A stretch of DNA of 64,000 nt from Chiloscyllium plagiosum (taxonomy: Eukaryota): positions 20,459,911 to 20,523,910 of the forward strand of contig NC_057722.1 of NCBI RefSeq assembly GCF_004010195.1, read 5' to 3'. Positions 37,820 through 48,577 of this stretch are shown here, in pieces; the first letter of the stretch is position 1, and each line of letters opens with the position of its first letter. The notes below the pieces were generated by a model that saw only the letters and a list, made by a program, of their open reading frames with translations, was not told the DNA's origin and did not search any database. A program made the position numbers and the translations under genes.

Positions 37820-39100
37820 ATAAACTGAGGGCAAGCTGAGGGATTCTGGCAAAGTTTGCAGATGATACAAAGATAGGTAGAGGGACAGATAGTATTGAGG
37901 AGGTGGGGAGGCTGCAGAAGGATTTGAACAGATTAGGAGAATGGGCGAAGAAGTGGCAAATGGAGTACAACATGAGAAGGTGGGAGGGAAGAAGAGTAGA
38001 AGCATGGACTACTTTGTAAATGGGGAGAAAATTCAGAAGTCCAAAGGCATTTGGTATGCTTTCATTTATTGGTCAGAGCATTGAGTATAGGAGTTGGGAG
38101 GTCATGCTGCATCTGTACAGGACATTGGTTAGGCTACTTTTGAAATATTGTGTGTAATTCTGGTCTCACTCCTATTGAAAGGATGTTGTGAAACTTTAAC
38201 AGGTACAGAAAAGATTTACAAAGATGCTGCCAGGGTTGGAGGGTTTCATCTATAGGGAGAGATGAAATAGGTTGGGACTGTTTTCCCTGGAGTGTCGTAG
38301 GCTTAGGGGTGACCTTGTACAGGTTTATAAAATCAAGAAGGTCATTGATAACTTAAGTAGACAAGGTCTTTTCCCTGGGAGGGGTGAGTATAGAACTAGA
38401 AGGCATAGGGTTAGGGTGAGAGGGGAAAAATTTAAAAGGGACCGAAGGGGTAACTTTTTCACGTAGAGGGTGGTGATTGTGTGGAATGAGCTGCCAGAGG
38501 AAGTGATGGATGCTGGTCCAATTACAACTTTTAAAAGCATTTGGATTGGTAAATGAATAGGAAGGGTTTAGAGGGATATGGGCCAAATGCTGGCAAATGG
38601 GACTAGATTATGTTAGGGTATCTGATGGGCAGAGAAGAGTTGGACCGAAGGATCTGTTTCCATTCTATACATCTCTATGACTCTTAGTCTATACTTGATG
38701 GGGTTTAGAAGAAGGAGGGTGGATCTTGTTGAAACTTACAGAATACCGAATGGCCTGGACAGAGTGGATATTGGGAAGATGTTTCCGTAGGTAGGAGAGA
38801 CTAGGACACGAGGGCATAGCTTTAGAGTAAAAGGAAGACCTTTAAGAATGAAGATAAGAAGAAACTTCTTCAACCAGAGAGTGGTGAATCGATGGTATTC
38901 ACTGCCACAGAAGGCTGTAGAGGCCAGGTCATTGAATAGATTTAAGATGGAGATAGATAGGTTCTTGTTGTCAAGGGGATCAAGGGTTATGTGGAGAAAG
39001 CAGAAAAATGGGGTTGAGAAACTTATCAGCCATGATTGAATGGCAGAGCAGACTCAATAGGCTGAATGGCTTAATTTCTGCTCCTATTTCTTCTGGTTTT
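37820..39100 (+). mobile_element. Nested CR1 3' fragments
   Basis: KFADDTK, WQMEYN, GLFSLE.RRLRGDL, GNFFT; two CR1 3' tails. Confidence 0.85.
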
Positions 39101-40214
39101 ATGGTCGAAAACTGCCAAATCATTGCCCAACCTGAGCATTAGTGAGACAATCAGCGTGGATATAGGGTTTGGTTTGCAACTTCGTGATGCGAAATGATAC
39201 CAAGAACATCGGTTCAAATCCCACACCAGATAAAGTTACCATGAAAGTTCAACCTTCTCCACCTCTCCCCTTACCTGAGGTGTGATAACCCTCACGTTAA
39301 ACCATCACCAGTCATCTTTCTCAATGAAGGAGAAGCCTTATGGGGCTATGATGATTTTTACTAAATAAACTTGCAAACCTCTCAACAATAAACAGACCAG
39401 ATGGCAACTTATGATCATATTGTTTCGTTGTCACTTCAAGCATATGTATGAAATAATTGTGAAAGACAAGATATATCCTTGCGACTGAGGGCATCTATCC
39501 ACAACTAAAGAAGCTGTGCCATCAATGTAGTCAACTTACCAGGAAGGCTTTATCACACCACTCACACTGAGTACAGAACAACAATCAGTCTCAGAGGTCC
39601 ATCATTCCCCAGCAGCAGAGCTGGATCAGCAGCCCCACTTACCATGGCAACAATACTTTCACTGCCCAGCGATGGCACACTCCCCTGGAATGAGAAGTTG
39701 TTATCAGGTGAACAGCAAACAACAGTGTGCTCCATTTGGATTTAAATCACCTGTGTGATCTAAGGACTACATCTGTAATACATGTGCAGAGACCAGGGAA
39801 TGGAATAGACAAGTGTTAATACACAGTCTGATTAAGGAATTATAATTTTCTTTATGGCCATTTATAATAGTTACTTTGAATGATTTGATACTTATAAATA
39901 ATCATGCATGTAAAATCTTTTACATTTATGAAAAGGTAGATGATCAGAGAAGTGCATTTTTACTTGGTGTTTGGCTGGCTTTCAGTAATCATGTGACCTC
40001 AACCTCTACTGTACTTGCGTATGTGTGCATACTGTGCCAGTCATTAAACAGACACTCATGTTATGAAACTTCATAATATCTAAGAATTTGGAGTCTAAAG
40101 TGGAGGGAAATGGATTTTTGATTCCAGTTTTGTGAAGATCTGACTTTTTACAAAACGTTCAGCAAATCAAAAACATTGATTTCAAAATTGTATCAGCAAG
40201 AGGTTATGTGATTT

Positions 40215-41247
40215 TAGAGGGTGGTGATTGATGGGAAATGTTCATCCTGGAGCTCAGTTGCCAGTGTTGTGCCACAAGGATCTGTTTTGAGGTCACTACT
40301 GTGACCCCAAAATGACCTCGATGTGGGCGTAGAAGAATGGGTTAGTAAATTTGTGGATGACACGAAGGTAGGCAGAGTTGTGTATAGTGCCGAGGGATGT
40401 TGCGGGCTACAGAGGGACATAAATAAGATGCAGAGCTGGACTGAGAAGTGGCATATGGAGTTTAATCCGGAAAAGTGCGAGTAGTTCACTTCGGAAGAAA
40501 TAACAGGAATGCAGAGTACTGGGCTAATGGTAAAATTCTTGGCAGTGTAGATGAACAGAGAGATTTCGGTGTCTTGGTGCATAAATCCCTGAAAGTTGCC
40601 ACCCAGGTTAATACGGTTGTTAAGAAGGCATATAGTGTGTTGGCATTTATTGGTAGGGGGAATTGAGTTTCGGAGCCACGAGGTCATGCTTCAGCTGTAC
40701 AAGACACTGGTAAGGCTGCACCTGAAGTATTGCATGCAGTTCTGGTCATCACATTATAGGAAGCATGTGGAAGCTTTGGAAAGGGTTCAGAAGAGATTTA
40801 CGAGGATGTTGCCTGGTATGAAAGGAAGGTCTTACGAGGAAAGTCTGAGGGAACTGAGGCTGTTTTCATTGGAGAAAAGAAGGTTGAGAGGTGACTTAAT
40901 CGAGACATATGAGATAATCAGAGGGTTAGATAGGGTGGACAGTGAGAGCTTTTTTCCTCAGATGGTGAAGGCAAGCATGAGGGACATAGCTTTAAATTAA
41001 CGAGTGATAGATTTAGAACAGAGTTAGGGGTAGTTTCCTCACTCAGAGATTAGTAGGGGTGTGGAACGGCCTGCCTGCAACAGTAGTAGACTCACCAATG
41101 TTAAGGGCATTTAAATGGACATTGGACACACATATGGATAATAATGGAACTGTGTAGGTTAGATGAGCAATAGATTATTTTCACAGGCCGATGCAACATT
41201 GAGGGCTGAAGGGCCTGTACTGCGCTATAATGTTCTATGTTCTATGT
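40215..41247 (+). mobile_element. CR1 LINE RT 3' fragment
   Basis: KFVDDTK, LYKTLVRLHLKYCMQFWS, LFSLEKRRLRGDL; (TTCTATG)n tail. Confidence 0.9.
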
Positions 41248-41485
41248 AATGCAGCAAGCAGTGCATTGTATTTGAAATATCAGCTGGTCTATTTTCTCAG
41301 CAGATGCAGTTTGAACCATTGACTGTCTCCATTCTTTGTGTTTCTTCTTCAGATATCCATCAATTGCAGCATTTGGCTTTAGATCTCCAACCTAAACCTT
41401 TCTTCAGAAGAAAGAATTAAGAAAATGGGCAACAATTTCTCTTGTTCAGAATTGCAACCTTCATGTCTATTCATTAATCAGTGTG

Positions 41486-41800
41486 CATGGTGGCTCAGTG
41501 GTTAGCACTGCTGCCTCGCAGGAACCCTGGTTCCTGCCTCGGGCAATTGTCTGCGTGGAGTTTGCACATTCTCCTCGTGTCTGTGTGGGTTTCCTCCTGG
41601 TGCTCCGGTTTTGACCCACAGTCCAAAGATGTACAGGTCAGGTGAATTGGCCATGCTAAATTGTCCATAGTGATAGGTGCATTAGTAGGGAGGAGGGGAA
41701 TGGATCTGGGTGGGTTACTCTTCGGAGGGTCAGGGTGGACTTGTTGGGCCAAAGGGCCTGTTTCCACACTGTAGGGAATCTAATTTAATCTAATCTAATA
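41486..41800 (+). mobile_element. HE1-type SINE
   Basis: Head, core and (TAATC)n tail. Confidence 0.88.
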
Positions 41801-42744
41801 GCAAAAATTGTCCATCTTAAAGATACATAATAGAAAATTCAACTGATGTTGTGCACTTGAAAACCTCAGAACGTCCCAAAGGATCTAGTGATGAAGTGTA
41901 AGCACGGTAGGAAATGTAGCTGCTAATTTATACGCAATGAAGTCCTGCATACAACAATATGATAATGATCAGGTAATCTTATTTAATGCTGTAGATTTGG
42001 AGATAAATATTGGACTGAACTCCTCTACCCATTGTGATAACACCTAAATGACAAGTGAAGGAACTTTCTGCCCATTTAATGCTTTTCATCGATGATGTCA
42101 GAATGATAAGTCTCTAAGCTCACCTATTTCACTCATTCTAGCATTACTAACATCTCCAATCAGTTACACTGATCCTTCAATCACACCTTGACACTTCAAC
42201 TCATCTACCTTGTCCCCCCAACTATCTCCAACCCCCAAAATACTCACTTACCCTCCAACCATCCTCCAAATATCCCAACTGCCCTTGACTGTCAGACTAG
42301 CCCTGCACCTTCATCTAATCCCAAATTTAAATCCCAACCATATATCTTGACATTGCAACAACACCCCCAACCCAACTACACCTAGCACCAACTACCCATG
42401 CCCCAAATAAACCCCCACCCAACCTAACTACAATCTCCAACCTCCAGATTACTCCCTTAAGGAGTACTATCTACCATCTGCACAACTGCGCCCCCCCCAC
42501 CCCCAACAACCTGGCTTGACTCGCCCTCGATCTGACTCTCCCTCCCAAACTGACGCAACTACTCACTCCACCTACCTAATACCTCAGCCATCTGCCTACC
42601 TAGCCACTATCATTCTACCTAACCACTTAATTCACCCATCTTCCCAGTTAACCGCTTACCAGACTCATTTATCCACCCTACCACCTTATGTATTGATGCA
42701 TTTATCCTCTCACCCATTCATTGCATTCAAACCATTTGGACAGG

Positions 42745-43050
42745 ATGGCATGGTGGCTTGGCATTGATGCTTCACAGCACTGGGGAACTAGGTTCAATTC
42801 TATCTTCAGGCAAGTCTCTGTGTGGAGTTTACACATTCTGCCTGTGTCTATATGGGTTTCCTCTGGGTGCTCCAGTTTCCTCCCACAGTCCAAAGATGTG
42901 AAGGTTAGCTGGATTGGCCATGCTAATTTGTCCATAATGTCCAGGGGTGTGCAGGCTAGGTGGGTTAGCCATGGGAAATGCAGGGTTGCATTGAAAGGTC
43001 AGTGTGGACTCGGTGGGCCAAATGGTCTGCTTCCACACTGTAGAGATTTT
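42745..43050 (+). mobile_element. HE1-type SINE (diverged)
   Basis: SINE core recognisable. Confidence 0.8.
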
Positions 43051-43376
43051 ATTATATGGAAAGCTCATTTTCGCAATGGTGACCATAAAACTATCAATTG
43101 TTGTAAACAAAAAGCCATCTCTTTCAGTCAGCATTGAGGATGGGAAATTGGCTGTCCTTACATATGATTCCAGAATCCGATAAATTAGATTGATTCTTAA
43201 CTGACCCTCCAAAATGGCCTGGCAAACCACTGAGTTGTGGACTTTCTTAAAGGTAATCAGATTGGGCAACAAACCTTATCCTGGCCAGAGATGTTCATGT
43301 TTCATAGACGGTAACACTGAACTTTAATATTACTACAGGTCTCTGGAGCCATTTAACTTCTGGCGTCGCTCTGTGG

Positions 43377-43382
43377 TTTATT
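43377..43382 (-). terminator. Candidate polyadenylation signal of the Ubl gene
   Basis: AATAAA on minus, about 385 nt after the stop codon, at the end of an AT-rich 3' UTR. Confidence 0.5.
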
Positions 43383-43766
43383 AAATACACAATCCGTATT
43401 AATAATGCTAGCATAAAATAAAGTTACTGCCAAGGAACATATCAGTTAAATATAATGCAATATGTACTTTAATTAGCTAAAACTAAAAAAAAATGTACAA
43501 TTGGTTTCACTACTAATCATTGTAAAGCTAAAACAAATTTTATAGCAATTATAGAATATAACAGATCACGTAAGACGGCAGACCAAACAAATACGCTCTT
43601 CTACGTGCTAAATATTAAAATACAAGAAATACATAGTGGTGTTAACATCTCGGTTATGTCTGCCTTCCTCCAATAACAGAGTAATTTCCCGTTATCAGAA
43701 TTCAATCAGACGGATCCATCAGGCCATTGGAAGATTTTGTTTTCGCGGAGTGATGAGCCCTTCTCT

Positions 43767-43888
43767 CTAGTCCCCTCCACCAGGCAGACGTAACACCAAG
43801 AGGATTGTTGATTTGTCCGTGATGCTGTATTCAGAGAATTTTTTGTTATCTTCCAATTGTTTGTTGGCAAAAAGAAGGCGCAGATCAC
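43767..43888 (-). CDS. Ubiquitin-like modifier, exon 2 (C-terminal half, LRLPGG-GD-stop)
   Basis: ccatcgcag acceptor, phase 1; [40 protein letters not shown], aligning to ubiquitin [36 protein letters not shown]. Confidence 0.93.
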
Positions 43889-44210
43889 CTGCGATGGCTA
43901 ATCCACCAAAAGAAACAGAAACGGAGAAAAATGAATAAACCTAAAAAAAAACCTCAAGAACATCCTAAATACTATGGTTAGTTATTATTCCAATTTTAAC
44001 CTTAAAAGGATTTAGACCCCGCATCCCTTCGGTAAGTTAAATTCTAAAGTTTGGGTTAAGCGCTTTAAAACCCAAAGATTTGAATCGGTATCATGTAGTT
44101 TAATTCTCATTTTGTACCACCAGGTGATATGATTGTCCACTCAATTCTTTAGCTGATTACTGCTATCACTTTCAAAAGCCCACTCTCGTGCTCTGTTATT
44201 GCTCACGTAC

Positions 44211-44355
44211 CTGCTTCTCCCGGCACTTTCTTCAATAACAATTCCTTAAACTTGAGAATGGGCATCGCATTAAATTCTGCCTCAGTGTGTGAAACATCAA
44301 CAGTCATTTTTTCCCCTTTCAACCCTACGACAAACACTTGAAAGATTTTCCCCAT
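44211..44355 (-). CDS. Ubiquitin-like modifier, exon 1 (N-terminal beta-grasp half)
   Basis: ATG at 44355; MGKIFQVFVVGLKGEKMTVDVSHTEAEFNAMPILKFKELLLKKVPGEA; CAG|gtacgt donor, phase 1. Spliced product is 88 aa; from memory it resembles teleost zgc:194655-like Ubls (not searched). Confidence 0.92.
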
Positions 44356-44438
44356 TGTACGGTCTGCGGCAGAAGATTTGGAAGTTGCTATCTCCTGCGT
44401 AGTTTTCAAGATCAATTGCAAATGAAATAAATGCATTC

Positions 44439-44450
44439 AGTTTCACTTTT
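44439..44450 (+). promoter_or_regulatory. ISRE upstream of the Ubl gene
   Basis: AGTTTCACTTTT, 84 nt upstream of the ATG; GAS-like TTCCTGAAA at 44507-44515. Confidence 0.65.
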
Positions 44451-44615
44451 AATTTCAGTGTGATGTAAGCACTGAACGATCTCAATAGGATGTAACTGGA
44501 AAAAACTTCCTGAAATTGCTCCGTGTCAAATATCCATAATAAATTAAGAAGTGTTTTACTACATTAAGGCCATCTCACAACACAATAAAATACTGCTCAC
44601 CACACCTTCTTAAGG

Positions 44616-44675
44616 GACTGACAATAAAGTTGGCCCAGCCAGTGACTGACAATAAAGTTGGCCCAGCCAGTGACT
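44616..44675 (+). repeat. 28-bp tandem duplication
   Basis: GACTGACAATAAAGTTGGCCCAGCCAGT x2 within a retroelement 3' tail. Confidence 0.8.
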
Positions 44676-44929
44676 TCCACTGCCTATACGTGAACAAAAG
44701 GTCATCTGTACTTTCCATACTGTAACCATGGGTTGAGGATTAGTGTTGATTATTTACATTTTTTTGATTGAGATTGATTTGGAGCTGCTGAAATTGGAAA
44801 AGCCTATGACTGCATAGGAGACAGGTATGTCCAATTGGTATTTGTACATCAATGACAACAATGGTTGCCTACTTTTTAAATTTTCTTGTTGCTGACTTGT
44901 ATGTATTTTCATGCTTTGATATGATGTGG

Positions 44930-45300
44930 CATTGAAACTAGAAACATTTGACTCCTCTAGCCTGCTCAGCCATTCAATATGATCACTGAGCTCAGTATCA
45001 TAATCCCACTCTGTTCCCCCATATAACTTGATCCCCTTAACCACAACAGCTATAACCACCTCCTTCTTTAAAACTCAATGTTTTGGCCTCAACCACTTTC
45101 TGTGTCAGTGAATTCCACAGGCTTACTACGCTCCAGGAGAAGAAATGTCTCCTCATCTCAGTTCTAAAAGGTTTGCAACTTACTATTGAACTCTGATTTC
45201 TAGTTCTGGACTGTCCCACAACAGGGAGTGCCTTTCCTGCATCTAAATTGTTTTGCCCTGTTGGAATGTTATCAGTACCTGAGATTCCCATTCTTTTATC
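44930..45300 (-). mobile_element. CR1 3' fragment
   Basis: FRTEMRRHFFS..VVSLWNSL..KVVEA. Confidence 0.75.
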
Positions 45301-46009
45301 TCAAGGCCAGCTATTTTCTTCTATTCATTGATAGAATATGATATCACTGATCCCTAATTGCTCAAAGGGCAGTTAAGTGTTAACCACATTGCTGTGGGTC
45401 TGGAGTCAGAAATAGGCCTGACAAGGTAAGAATAGCAGAATTCCTTCCCTAAAGGGCACAATGAACCAAATGAGTTTTTAATGACGATTGACAATGATCA
45501 CATGTTTGTCCCATTGACCTCGCTTTATTTTTGTTTACTAACTTAAGTTTCATCATCTGCCCTAGGACATTCGAACCTAGATCCCCAGAACTTTAGCTTG
45601 ATATTCAGGATTACTTGTCCATTGCTATTACCATTAGATCACAACCTCCCCCGGCACCACATCCACAAACATTTACTCCATACACCACTGATTCATAGTG
45701 GTAACAGTATGTACTATCTATAAGATGAATTGTAACAACTTCAAGGCTTTTTAGGCAGCATCTTCCAAACACATGAGGACTACCATCCAGAAGGACAAGA
45801 GCAGCAGGTGGGCATGCAGATGGAAAAATAACCATTGATGAAATTCTTGGAACTCTCCTAATGGCACAGTATAGTTTTTTTTAAATCTACCTGTTCAGAA
45901 ATGGTATTACACACATCTGATAGAGATGGGACTTGAACCCAGCTCACCTGGGTATGGACATTACCACAGTACCACAAGAGTCCTACTGGCAATATGGATG
46001 CATTTACAA

Positions 46010-47515
46010 AAAATAAAATTAGATCATATGGAACACAGGGATAAGTAGCCACTTGGATACATAACTGGCTCAAAGTTAGGGGACAGAGTGTAGTGATGGA
46101 GGATTGCTTTTTGGACTGGAGGCCTGTGACCAGTGATGTGCCTCAAGGATTGGTGGTTGGTCCACTGCCATTCCTGAAGAAGGGCTTATGCCCGAAACAT
46201 CGATTCTTCTGTTCCCTGGATGCTGCCTGACCTCATTTTCAGCTCTGATCTCCAGCATCTGCAGACCTCAATTTCTCCACTGCTTTTTGCCAATTATGTA
46301 AATGATTTGGAAGCAAATTTGAAAGGTATGGTTAGTAAGTTTGCAGATCACATCAAAATTGATGGTGTAATGGACAGCCAAGAAGGTTAGGAGAAAGTGA
46401 GGACTGCAGATGCTAGAGAGTTGAAAAGCGTGATGCTGAAAAACACAGCAGGTCAGGCAGCATCCAAGGAGCGGGATAGCTTTTCATCAGGAATGAGGAG
46501 GGGGAAGGGGTTGAGGGATAAGTGAGAGGTGGGGATGGGGCTGGGGGAAGGTAGCTGGGAAGGTGATAGGTGAATGCAGGTGGTGGGGGGTAATTGTGAT
46601 AGGTTGATGGGAAGGGTGGAGCGGATAGGTGGGAAGGAAGATGGACAGATAGTACAAGTCAAGAGAGTGGTGCTGAGTTGGAAGGTTGGGCCTGGGATGA
46701 GGTGGGGGGAGAGGAAAGTTGGAAACAGGGTACAACTGGATCTTAATCAGATGGGCTAATAGGCCAAACAGTGACAGATAGAGTTTAATTTAGATAAATG
46801 TGAGGTGCTGCATTTTGGAAAGGCCAATCAGGGCAGGACTTTATACACTTAATGGTAAGGTCCTGGGAGTGTTGCTGAAAATAGAGAGCTTGGAGTGCAG
46901 GTTCATAGCTCCATGAAAGTGGAGTTGCAGGTAGACAGGATAGTGAAGAAGATGTTTGGTACATTTGCCTTTTTTGGTCAATGCATTTAATATAGGAGTT
47001 GGGAGGTCATATTGCGGCTGTACAGGACATTGGTCAGGCCACTTTTGCGATACTGTGTTCAGTTCTGGTCTCCCTGCTACAGGAAAAATGTTGCCAAACT
47101 TGAAAGGGTTCAGAAAAAATTTACAGATGTTGCCAGGGTTGCAGGATTTGAGCTATAGGCAAGGGTGGTTTTCTTAAATTCCTGAGGGGTATGGATAGGG
47201 TGAATAACCAAGGTCTTTTCCCAGAATCGCAGAGTCCAGACTAGAGGGAATAGGTTTAAATTGAGAAGGACCTAAGAGGCAACTTTTTCACACAGAAGGT
47301 GATGTGTGTGTGGAACCAGCTGCCAGAGGAAGTGGGTAGAGGCGGGTACAGTTACAACATTTTAAAAGGCATCTGGATGGGTGCATGAATAGGATGGACT
47401 TAGAGCGATATGGGCTAAATGCTGGCAAATGGGACTAGATTAGGTTGGGATATCTGGTCGGCATGGACGAGTTGGACCGAAGGGTCTGTATCCATGCTCT
47501 GCAGCTCTCTAACTC
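46010..47515 (+). mobile_element. CR1 RT/3' fragment with two nested Penelope-type hammerhead elements (about 46170-46280 and 46390-46730)
   Basis: WRPVTS..PQG, KFAD, EFNLDKCEVLHFG, 3' tail; CTGAAGAAGGGCTTATGCCCGAAAC at about 46174-46198. Confidence 0.85.
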
Positions 47516-47832
47516 GATGGGTCTGTGTGAACTTTATCAACCTGAAAAACCAAGAGAAAGTCTGTAAATAAAATAACTATGCGGTTCATATTGTTCGGTG
47601 AACTGCATTTCATATATCATCCAACAGCAAAACAACCAGCTAATCCAACAACACTAATTTCGTTAATCTTAGTTTGAAATCTTGCCCTGTTTGCGAAGAT
47701 TTTTTTTGCGGATAAAAATATCTAGTTGCCGGAAATCTGACATTAAGCAAATCAGTGAATGTTGTACATTTCTGGGCGTTCCATTTACAGTGGTATGTGT
47801 TGCTAAGCTTCAGTTGTGCTAAGTAACAGGAG

Positions 47833-47846
47833 AGTTTCGCTTTCTC
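47833..47846 (+). promoter_or_regulatory. Perfect ISRE upstream of USP-B
   Basis: AGTTTCGCTTTCTC matches AGTTTCNNTTTCNC, about 170 nt upstream of ATG 48013, in a CpG-rich region. Confidence 0.75.
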
Positions 47847-48012
47847 TCCCTCGTTTTCAAATGGCGTGACGAAGGCAGCAGCTTCTGCAAATGCCGTCAG
47901 TAGGGTTTCAGAGCTGCAGTTATGTCATCCAGGAAAGTTACTGCTTTGTCCTCCGTGCCATTCCTGTCACAGTGAATCTGCAAGGTCGTGTCAGAGAAGT
48001 CCCAAGACTGCA

Positions 48013-48207
48013 ATGGAGGTATCCCACACATCGGGGCACAGCAAGAGGAATGCAGGGAGAAGGGAGCAGAGCCGGGCTACAGTGAGTTCCACTTCCCAGG
48101 TCCCCACCAGCAGACCGGGCTCCGGCCCCAGGAGTGTTTCTGTAAACCGGCACTGCACCCCGTCACCGCCGGCGCAGACACAGCTCAGGAGGACGGGAAC
48201 AGCCCAG
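48013..48207 (+). CDS. USP18-like deubiquitinase B, probable first coding exon (disordered N-terminus)
   Basis: gcaATGG Kozak; MEVSHTSGHSKRNAGRREQSRATVSSTSQVPTSRPGSGPRSVSVNRHCTPSPPAQTQLRRTGTAQ; CAG|gtaaca donor, phase 0; no homology support for this exon. Confidence 0.55.
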
Positions 48208-48397
48208 GTAACAGCAGAACTCGTACTTTCTACTGTATTTACCCACACCGCCCCGCCCTCCATTTCTCGTTATTATTGGTCATGTGACGCGTCAAGATAA
48301 ATGTTTTCCTGTTATTACCATCTTACTGACAAATTTTTATCGCCCCGCCTTTCCTCATAATCTGGAATTGTCTCTGTGAAGATACACCCAGAAAAAC

Positions 48398-48577
48398 TGA
48401 TTTGGAGGAGCTGGTGTTGGACTGGGGTGGACCAAGTTAAAAATCACACAACGCCAGGTTATAGTCCAACAGATTTATTTGGAAGAATTAGCTTTCAAAG
48501 CGCTGTTTCTTCTTCAGGTGGTCGTCGCAAATAAACCTGTTGGACTATAACCTGGTGTTGTGTGATCTTTAACTTTG
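48398..48577. mobile_element. Palindromic hammerhead-family element
   Basis: AAAATCACACAAC.CCAGGTTATAGTCCAACAG ... CTGTTGGACTATAACCTGGTGTTGTGTGAT inverted arms. Confidence 0.75.

Noticed and set aside
42190-42720. Pro/Thr-rich ORFs in a C/A-rich tract
   Set aside because: Low-complexity non-coding sequence without splice or homology support.
43767-44355. Calling the Ubl ISG15, NEDD8 or ubiquitin
   Set aside because: Single domain, LRLPGG tail, helix-1 insertion and divergent N-terminal half do not match those proteins; no gene symbol assigned.
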